DNA of 64,000 nucleotides from an uncultured delta proteobacterium (GTDB lineage Bacteria; Desulfobacterota; Syntrophia; Syntrophales; Fen-1087): NCBI GenBank assembly GCA_963709485.1, contig CAVPWE010000005.1, positions 68,012 to 132,011 of the forward strand, read 5' to 3'. Shown piece by piece: positions 8,684 to 17,135 of this stretch (position 1 is its first letter; each line of letters starts with the position of its first letter). The notes under the pieces were generated by a model. It saw only the letters and a program-made list of their open reading frames with translations, ran no database searches and was not told where the DNA came from. The position numbers and the translations under genes were made by a program.

Positions 8684-9244
8684 GTGAGGGATGAGACCCT
8701 GAACGAGATCGCCGCACCATCCCCGGCCCCCGGCCCGGCCTGCCTGTTCGCCGATTTGAGCACGCAGCTCCTGGGCAACGGCCACCGGGTGCGCTTTCGA
8801 GCGCCCGGCCGGAGCATGTACCCGACCATTCGGGACGGAGAGGCGATCACGGTGGCGCCCGTGGCAGCCGAGTCCGTGCGAAGGGGCGACATCATCCTCT
8901 ACCGCACGGAGCGGAGCGTCATCGCCCACCGGGTGGCGCGGATCGAGCGGGACGGGGCGGACGGACTCCGCTTCACGCTGCGCGGCGACACCTGTGGCGG
9001 CCGGGACGCCCCGGTGGCGGCAGGACAGGTCCTGGGCCGCGTCGTCGCCGTCGAGCGGGGGGGCCGGACTCAGGAGCTCTACACAAGACGGGCGCAGATG
9101 AGATATTCGGCCCATGCGCTGGCCTCCCGCCTCAAGGGGCTGATCCGCGGCCGGCTTGCCCGCGGAAGGCAGGGCTGCCGCGAATATTTCCCAGCGGACC
9201 GTCCGGGCGATGAAGACTCGAACGAAAACATGCACCAGGGGTGA
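8684..9244 (+). CDS. S24/S26-family serine peptidase, Ser/His (SipW/Sec11-like) type, no transmembrane segment
   Basis: GTG start 3 nt after the rSAM stop. GRSMYPTIRDGEAI (nucleophile Ser box), RRGDIILY, and IAHRV where bacterial SPase I has K-R-V. No hydrophobic N-terminal anchor seen. Confidence 0.6.
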   Translation: MRDETLNEIAAPSPAPGPACLFADLSTQLLGNGHRVRFRAPGRSMYPTIRDGEAITVAPVAAESVRRGDIILYRTERSVIAHRVARIERDGADGLRFTLRGDTCGGRDAPVAAGQVLGRVVAVERGGRTQELYTRRAQMRYSAHALASRLKGLIRGRLARGRQGCREYFPADRPGDEDSNENMHQG

Positions 9245-9380
9245 AAAAATGAAGCCGAAAACCTTCGGAAGGATAGCACCGGGCGCGCGCTTGTCACTTT
9301 CCGTTTGCCTTTTCACGGCGCTGATTCTCATCGGGGCGACCCTGCTCGTCGCGGCGCCCGCGGCGCAGGCGGCCCAGCAG

Positions 9381-10215
9381 ACCGGCACCTACACGGGGAA
9401 TGCGACGGACAACCGCGCCATCACCGGCCTGGGCTTCCAGCCCGACGGGGTGATCATCAAGGCCGCCACGGCCCAGTACGCTGTGATGCGGACCTCCACC
9501 ATGGCGGGCGACCTGACCAAGGCGTTTGTGGGCGGCACGGCCCTGCAGGCAAACGTCATCCAGTCCCTGGACGTTGACGGCTTCACCCTCGGCACCGACG
9601 CCCGGGTGAACGCAAACGGCGTTGTCTACCACTGGATCGCCTTCAAGGCGATCGCCGGGGAGATCGCGTTCGGCACTTACACGGGCGATGCCACCGACAG
9701 CAGGGACATCGCCGGGCTCGGGTTCCAGCCGGACCTCGTCTTCCTTCTGCCGGATTCGACGCAGAACGCCGTGGCCCGCTTCTCCTCGCAGAGCGGGGAC
9801 GCCAGCCTCTACTTCAGCGCCGCGGCGGCCTTCGCCGACGGGATTCAGGCCCTCAACGCCGACGGGTTCCAGGTCGGGACCACCGTCAACGCCAGCGCCA
9901 CCGTTTATCATTACGTGGCCTGGAAGTCCATCTGGGGAAAGCGGGTCATCGGCTCCTACACGGGAAACGGCGTGGACAACCGGAACATTTTGGGGCTGGG
10001 CTTTGATCCCAAGTGGGTCCTGATCAAGTCCGCGGCGGCCCGGGCCGGCGTGCACAAGCCGGACACCACCGGCATCGCGACGGACGCGACCCAGTATTTC
10101 ATCAACACGGCGAATTTCACAAACGGGATCCAGAGGCTCGACGCCGACGGGTTCCAGGTGGGCAACAACAACACGGTCAACGAGAACACCGTGACCTTTT
10201 ACTACGCCGCCTTCG
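9381..10215 (+). repeat. three tandem ~93-aa coding repeats (TYTGN/D..D.R.I.GLGFQPD...Y(H/Y)(W/Y)(I/V)A(F/W)K)
   Basis: TGTYTGNATDNRAITGLGFQPDGVIIKA / FGTYTGDATDSRDIAGLGFQPDLVFLL / IGSYTGNGVDNRNILGLGFDPKWVLIK, each ending in VYHWIAFK / VYHYVAWK / TFYYAAFA. Confidence 0.8.
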
Positions 10216-10217
10216 CG

Positions 10218-10640
10218 CTCAACCTAACCGCCCAGCCCACCATCACATCGGCGGCCAACCAGGTCTTCGTCAAGGGCGATGCCCCCACCGCCATCAGCCC
10301 GATCACGGTCACCGACGCGGCGGCCCCGATGATCACGGCGGGGAACGACATCCGGATCCGCATCCCCTACTGGTTCAACATGACATGGGACACCTCGGTC
10401 ACGACGGCCGTGATCGGCGGCGGGCGCCGCGGGCAAGGTCTCCACGACGGTGAGCTACGAGAATGCCGGCAAGATCCTGGTCCTCAACGTCACGTCCGAT
10501 TTCGCCTCCTCGGAATCGATCACCATCTCCGGGCTCCGAATTCGCCAATTTCATCGCCAAATCCTACCCCGACAACCTGGAGCTGGAAGTCCTGAACGAC
10601 GACGCCGTCACGTCCACGGACGACAAAACCATCACGATCC
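10218..10640 (+). repeat. copy A of a ~135-aa module (contains two of the frameshifts)
   Basis: ITSAANQVFVKGDAPTAISPITVTD...ITAGNDIRIRIP...MTWDT...VIGGG|AAGKVSTTVSYENAGKILVLNVTSDFASSESITISGL|EFANF...LELEVLNDD is colinear with copies B and C. Confidence 0.75.
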
Positions 10641-11725
10641 TCGATCCGGCCGACGGCCTGAAGGATCTCCCGGCCCCGCCGGCGAACATCGAGACGATCC
10701 CGGCCGGCTCGCTGGTCATCGCCATGGACAACGACAAGCAGAATCTCGGCGGCCTGCCCTTCAACATTCGGGCCTACGGCCTGGTGAACCACCTGCTTTG
10801 GAGCGAGATCCCCGTCAAGTGGGCCATTCGGGCCGGCAAGGCCAAGGACGGGATCGACTTCAGCGCCACGGCGCAGCGCCTCTACCCGAGCGCGGTCGGG
10901 CCGGCCTCCCTGGACTTCCGGGGCGGCCCCTTCATCGTCCACAAGTACTTCGCCCACGACGCCAAACCGCTGATCGCGGCATTCGGGGGCAGCGTGGCCG
11001 TCTATGAGCTCACCGCCGACGCCATCGTCGACATCCGCTACACGATCGAGCACAAGCCAAAGATCGGGGTGCTGGACGACGGCGGGAACGCCGGGATCCA
11101 CATGACCATGCTCGCGAACGCCGGCTTCGTCTCCGGCACGCATTACGAGCACATTCTGGCGGCAAGCCTGGAGACGGTCAACCAGAACATGTGCTACACC
11201 TTCGTTTCGGAGCCGCACTACGGCGAAACGCCGCCGGTCTCCGATGGCCCGGTGCGGGCCATCCGCAACTTCGTCGCGTCGGGCGGCAACTTCCTGGCCC
11301 AGTGCGCCGCCATCGAGTCCTACGAGAACAACCCGACCTGGGGCCGTTTCCAGACGACGGTCGGCATCACGGTGCAGGGCGTCGGGGACGCCACCCATGC
11401 CTTCGACAACGCCGACCTCGCCTACAGCCAGTTCCAGGGGGAGGTGGCGGACGGGGGCGGATCGGTCCCCGACTGGAAACTCGCGACGGGCTCGAACTGG
11501 AAAAGCAGCAGCCACATCCACGTGAAGAACGACCCCGCGACTGACACGTTCTCCGCCACGGCCTCGAAGCTCACCGTCGGTGCCGGGTCGCTGGTCTTCT
11601 ACCTCGGCGGCCACGAATACGACGGGACCACCCTGGACGAAATCAACGCGACACGGATGTACCTCAACGCGGCCCTGACCCCCTCCGCCCGGCCGACAAG
11701 CTGCAACCCCTATTTCCCGACCGAG

Positions 11726-12553
11726 ATGGCGCCGGCAGTCATCTACTCGGCGGCCGACCAGATCTTCGCGGTGAACAGCACCCCGACCTCCATCAGCCTG
11801 ATCACGGTGCTCGAGTCGAACATCACGACCATGACCGCCGGGAACGACATTCGAATCACCATCCCGCCCGGGGCCAACATGACCTGGGACACCGCCGACC
11901 TTACGGCTATCTTCGGCGGGTCGGCCGCCGGCAAGGTCTCCCCGACCGTCAGCTACGAGGACGGCGGCAAGACCCTCGTGATCAACGTGCTCGCCGACTT
12001 CTCGCCCTTCGATGACCTCACCGTCTCCGGGCTCTCCTACGCCAACTTCACCGCCTCGTCTTCGGCGGAACACCTGGGCCTCGAGGTCGCCAACGACGGC
12101 ACGATCGTGGCCACGGACCCGCAGGGACTCACGGTCGTCGGCGTCAGCATCTCCTCGGCGGCCGACCAGAGCTTCGTGGTGGGCGATCCGGCCACGGCCA
12201 TCAGCCCGATCACGGTCACGAACGACCCGAACACCAATCAGATCACCGCCGGGAACGACATTCGAATCACCATCCCGGCCGACCTGGCCATGACCTGGGA
12301 CACCGTGGACCTGTCGGCCGTCATCGGCGGCCCCGCGGCGGGGAAGGTCTCCACGACGGTGAGCTACGAGGACGGCGGCAAGACCCTGGTCCTGAACGTC
12401 ACGTCCGATTTCGCGGCCGGCGAATACATCACCGTCTCCGGTCTCCAATACGCCAACTTCACCCAGCCCTCCAATCCCCAGAATCTGGGCCTGGAGATCT
12501 ACAACGACGGGACCGTGACCACCCGGGACGACAAGACGATCGCCATCGGCGGT
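11726..12553 (+). repeat. copies B and C of the ~135-aa module, in tandem
   Basis: IYSAADQIFAVNSTPTSISLITV..TAGNDIRITIP..MTWDTADLTAIFGGSAAGKVSPTVSYEDGGKTLVINV...SGLSYANF and ISSAADQSFVVGDPATAISPITV..TAGNDIRITIP..MTWDTVDLSAVIGGPAAGKVSTTVSYEDGGKTLVLNV...SGLQYANF. Confidence 0.85.
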
Positions 12554-14470
12554 GCGCCCACCCCCTGCGTCCTGGCCTACGGCGAGGGGAACCTGATCAC
12601 GCCGCGCTACCGGTACTGGGACGGAACGGCCTTCGGAACGGAGCTGACCGCCCAGAGCGCCGACGATGTGATCAAATGGACCGTGCTCAAGGCCTCGCCC
12701 GTGGCCAACGAGATGATCCTGGGCGTCTATTCCAGCGCGACCAAGGCCCTCTACATCCAGACGCTGAGCGGCGGAACCTGGACCACCAACTGGAGTTCCG
12801 TCCTCGGCTACGACGGCCTGACGCGGGTCTTCGACATCGCCTACGAGCGGAACACAGGCGACGCCATCGTCGTCTTCGGCGACACGGACGGCAAACTGTA
12901 CTACCGCAAGCGGGTCGGAGGCGTCTGGGACAGCGCCGACCAGTCGACCGGCATCACACTGGACAACGATGCCGACTGGGTCCGGGCGGACATCCCACCC
13001 GACGAGCGACGACATCTTCGTGGCGACCAGCACCGAGGCCGCGTCCCTCTACGCGCTCCGCTGGTACGGCGCCGGCAACTACTGGGACAACGTCCTGAAG
13101 ACGACCGCCGGCGTCAAGAACAAGGACAAGGAAGGCTTCGACCTCGCCTTCGAGCGGGCCTCGGGCGACGCCTTCCTGATCTGGGGCGACGCCGACGCGG
13201 ACGTCAATTACCGCCGAGTTCACCACGGCCTGGCAGGCCGAGGCCACGGCCTATGCCGACATCGGCGACGATGTCTACTGGCTCAAGGCCGCCTACGACC
13301 CCACCGCCGCGAGCAGCAGCATCGCCATCGCCATGACCCTGGAAAATACAACTTCCGGGTTCGGGGCCTGGAACGGCGCGAGCTGGGTGGCGATGCCCGA
13401 TGCCATCCCATCGCCGCCCGACACCGTGACCAGCGCGGAATCGACGTGGCCTTCGAAGAAGGCACGGGCGGGGCGCTCTTCGCCTTCGCCACGGGTGCCG
13501 CGCCCACGCAGCTTTCCTGGCGGACCTGGTCTTCGGCCGGCGGCTTCACCGCCGCCGCCGCCGCGGCCGGCGCCACGGGAAACCTCAACTTCGTGCAGCT
13601 CAAGCCGATCCCCGGGAGCGACGATCTAATGGCCGTCTACGCCGATGCCAACGCTGATCTGTGGTACCGCTACTGGGACGGGTCGGCCTTCTCGCTGCCG
13701 AGCCCGGCGCCCGGGACGGCCCTGGAGACCACCTTATCGGAAAACGACAAAACGGAGGCCTTCTGCTTCGACTGCAGCGTCGCGTACACGCCCACGGCGA
13801 TCGACCTCCTTTCGTTCAGCGCCGCGGGGGCGAACGGGACCGTGCTCGTCTCCTGGCGGACGGCGCAAGAGGCCGGGACGCTCGGGTTCCACCTCTGGCG
13901 GGCAACGAGCGAGGGCGGGCCCTACACGAGGATCACGGCCACGGCCATCTCCGCGCTCACATCCGCGGTGCGGGGCGCCGACTACAGCTACACGGACGCG
14001 AACGTGACCGCTGGGACGCGCTATTACTACAAGCTGGAAGAGATCGAGACGATCGGCAAATCGACAATGTACGGACCCGTGGCGGCGGAATGGACCGCGG
14101 CCGGGGGCGCGATCCCGCTCGAAACCCCGGGCGACACGACGACCGTCACGCTCGGCGGCACGACGGACGGCGCGGGCACGCTCTCCGGAACGCCGGGGAC
14201 AATGGCCGCGGCCTGGAGCCCGCCCACGACCGCCGCGGCCTACAAGGTGCTCGTCACCGAAGAGGGCATCTACCGCCTCACTCAAGGCTGGCTCGCGTCG
14301 AAGGGCGTGAACGGCCGCCCTCGACCTCGCGCAGGTCCGCATGTACAGCCTGGGGCAGGAGGTGGCCATTCACGTCCATGACGGCAACGGGGACAATGTC
14401 ATGGACGGCGGCGATTATATCGCGTTCTACGGGACCCCCGTGACCGGGGAGGCGGCGAAGTACGCGAAGC

Positions 14471-16867
14471 CGGAACGTCTACTGGCTCACGGCAGCGGGC
14501 GGGACCGGCGCGCCGAAGCGCATGGAAGCGCGATCGAGGGGGCCCCCGTGCTCGGCGACGGCGGCGGCGACGCACCTCTACACGCTCCGCCATGAGGAGG
14601 ATTCGCTCTACATCCCGGATGCCGCCGGGGCGGACGCCGAGGACCGCTGGTTCTTCGAGGAAGCGCTGCCCGGGCCGGGCTACGGCGGGGGGCCGGTCGA
14701 CTTTGCCATCCCCACGCCGGGCGCGGCGGCGGGGCCGGGGACCCTGAGAATCCGCATGTACGGGATCGCGGACACGAGCCACGCAGTGGACGTCTCCGTC
14801 AACGGCGTGCCGGCGGGGACCGTCACGTGGGACGGCATGGCATACCACGAGGCCGTGATCAATGTGGCCGGTTTCCTCGACGGGGCCAACACGGTCACCC
14901 TGACCTGCACGAGCGGGACCGTCTCCACCCCCGACGGGGCTTACGTGGACCGGTTCGAGGCGGCCTACCCAAGGCGCTTCGAGGCGGCCGGAAGCGCGCT
15001 CCGCTTCGCCCACGCCGCCGGGTCGCGCTACCAGGTTTCCGGGTTCGCGGACGGCGGCATTCAGGCCTTTGACGTCACCCGGGCAGCCGACGCGGGGCGG
15101 GTCGTCAACGCCCTGATCAACGGCGCCGGCCCCTACACCCTCGACATGGAGCCCCAGGGCGCGACAGGCGAGCGGGCGTACCTCGCCGTCTCCGCCGGCG
15201 GCCTGAAGACCCCCGCGGACATCGTCCCGGACCGGGCCTCCGCGCTGTCCAGCATGGCCGGCGGGGCAGACTACATCCTGATCACGACGCGCGGCCTCGG
15301 CTGGGACACCGGCGGGACGCCCCGGCCCTGGCTGAGCAATCTGCTTTCCCTGCGGCAGGGCCAGGGGCTGCGGGTGAAGGCGGTCGACGTGGAGGACGTC
15401 TATGACGAGTTCGGCTACGGGCTGGCCACGCCCCGGGCCGTCCGGGACTTCCTCGCCCATGCCTATGCCAACTGGGCCCCTCCCGCCCCGAAGTACGTGC
15501 TGCTCGTGGGGGACGGCACCAACGACCCGAAGAACAACAACCAGGAGCCGGCCGAAGGCACGTTCGCCTACCTTCCCGCCTACCTCGGCTTCACCGCCTA
15601 CATGGGGGAAACGGCGAAGGACGACTGGTTCGGCCGTGTGAGCGGGAGCGGCTCCTTGCCCGACCTCCACATCGGCCGCCTGCCGGCGTCCGACCTGGCC
15701 CAGGCGGAGGCCATGGCGGGGAAGATCGTCGCCTACGAGCAGGCGGCGAACACGAAGACCTGGGAGCGGAACGTCCGCTTCGTCGCCGACAACAAGACCG
15801 CCGATTACGAGGCGATGTTCGAAATCATGAGCGACGATGCGGCCGCACTCGTCCCGACGCCGGGGATGAACGCCCCCGAGAAGATGTACCTGGGCAGCTT
15901 CGGGAGCGCGGCCGCCCTCAAGGCCGCGATCAAGGACCGGATCAACGCGGGGAGCCTGATCGTCAACTACGCGGGCCACGGCTGGTGGCAGCAGTGGGCG
16001 GAGGAGAACGTCTTTGAGAACGCGGACGTGGCCGGCCTTGCCAACGGCGCCAGACTCCCGCTCTTCCTGGCCATGACGTGCCTGAGCGGCTACTTCATCG
16101 ACCCGGAATCCTACGGCTGGCCTTCGCTGGCCGAGGTCCTGATGCGGGCCGGGGGAAAGGGTGCCGTGGCCGCGCTCATGCCCACGGGCATGACGGCGAC
16201 GGACGGCCAGTACATCCTGGACCGGGCCCTCTTCGACGCCCTCTTCAGGAAGGACATCCGCACCCTCGGCCCGGCCGTCGCGGCGGCCAAAAGTGCGCTG
16301 CTGGCAAGCGACGTGGCGTACCGGGGGGAGACGGCCGAGACCTTCCTCCTCTTCGGCGACCCGGCCACAAGGCTGAAGATCCCCATGCCCGGCATTCCCC
16401 AGGGGATCGCCGCCGTCGTCCAGAACGGCGCCGTGACCCTGACCTGGCAGGCGGCGCTCGACAGCGACGGGAACCCCGTCGCGGGGTACAACGTCTACCG
16501 GGCCGACGCACCGGACGGGGACTTCACGAAGCTGAACTGGACGCGGATCGCGGGAACGACCTACATGGACCAGCCGCCCGGTCATGACTGGTACTACGCC
16601 GTCGCCTCGGTGGACGGCAGCGGCTTCGAAAGCGCCAGAAGCCCGGTCCACTTCATCGACCTGTCCCTGACCGGCGACGTCAACGGCGACGGCCGGGTCG
16701 ACCTGGCCGACCTGATCACGGTCCTGAAGGTGATGGCCGGCATGGGCAGCGCCGACGTCACGGTCCGGCCCGAATACGCGACCTCCGGGGCGGACGCGAA
16801 CGGCGACGGCGTCGTCGGCATGGCGGAGGCGGCCTACATCCTCCAGAAGATCGGGGGACTGAGATAG
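14471..16867 (+). other. peptidase C25 (gingipain-like) catalytic segment of the giant ORF, single intact frame
   Basis: ADYILITT, YVLLVGDG, LHIGRLP, catalytic His context VNYAGHGWW (His codon 15977-15979) and Cys context LFLAMTCLSGYF (Cys codon 16079-16081). Confidence 0.7.
16676..16864 (+). other. dockerin-type double EF-hand-like repeat at the C-terminus of the giant ORF
   Basis: DVNGDGRVDLADLITVLKVMAG ... DANGDGVVGMAEAAYILQKIGG: two D.NGDG.(V/I) calcium-loop-like segments about 35 aa apart. Confidence 0.55.
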
Positions 16868-16958
16868 CGGAACGCGGGCCGCCGCGCCGACGGCTCGCCG
16901 CCACATTTTTCGACGGACCGGTCCCGAAAGGGCCGGGCGCATTCGCGGAAGGAGGAGC

Positions 16959-17123
16959 ATGGAACAGAAGGAGAAGAAACTCTATGAGAAGCCGAAGGTG
17001 ACGAAGGTCCGCCTGGACCCGCAGTGCGCGGTCCTGGGCTTCTGCAAGACCACCGGCAGCCGGGGCCCCGGCGGCACGAATTGCCGGGCCGGTCTGACGC
17101 TGTGCAAGAACGCGGGCTCCTGA
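16959..17123 (+). CDS. 54-aa Cys-rich RiPP precursor-like peptide (not in the ORF track)
   Basis: GGAAGGAGGAGC RBS directly before ATG 16959. Translation: MEQKEKKLYEKPKVTKVRLDPQCAVLGFCKTTGSRGPGGTNCRAGLTLCKNAGS. The stop is 12 nt before the kinase-like gene. Confidence 0.6.
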   Translation: MEQKEKKLYEKPKVTKVRLDPQCAVLGFCKTTGSRGPGGTNCRAGLTLCKNAGS

Positions 17124-17135
17124 GCGGGCACCGGA

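Larger units (their letters stand above)
9249..16867 (+). pseudogene. giant secreted multidomain protein (signal peptide, tandem repeat modules, beta-propeller-like W-rich repeats, peptidase C25 domain, dockerin-like tail); 7 frame changes as sequenced
   Basis: Homology and internal repeats run continuously across ORFs 9156-10595, 10450-11007, 10463-13336, 12969-14381, 13333-13629, 14341-14595 and 14522-16867. Frame switches are near 10425, 10537, 12995, 13215, 13390-13430, 14316 and 14470. No stop lies on the stitched path. Signal peptide: MKPKTFGRIAPGARLSLSVCLFTALILIGATLLVAAPAAQA. Confidence 0.7.

Noticed and set aside
14520-14580. Possible additional compensating pair of frameshifts (frame 1 AIEGAPVLGDGGGD versus frame 2 ARSRGPPCSATAAAT) just after the 14470 switch
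   Set aside because: Both translations are plausible low-complexity linkers and there is no repeat or homology anchor to decide. Not counted among the seven frame changes.
16895-16945. Possible terminator hairpin (CCGGTCCC-GAAA-GGGCCGG) between the giant ORF and the precursor ORF
   Set aside because: Pairing is only about 3 contiguous bp when folded properly, and there is no T-tract.
10520-16960. Antisense ORFs 10520-13033 (837 aa) and 14399-16960 (853 aa) across the giant exoprotein locus
   Set aside because: Same shadow-frame composition (runs of R, G, P, D, V) with no motifs. The plus strand shows repeat structure and C25 catalytic motifs.
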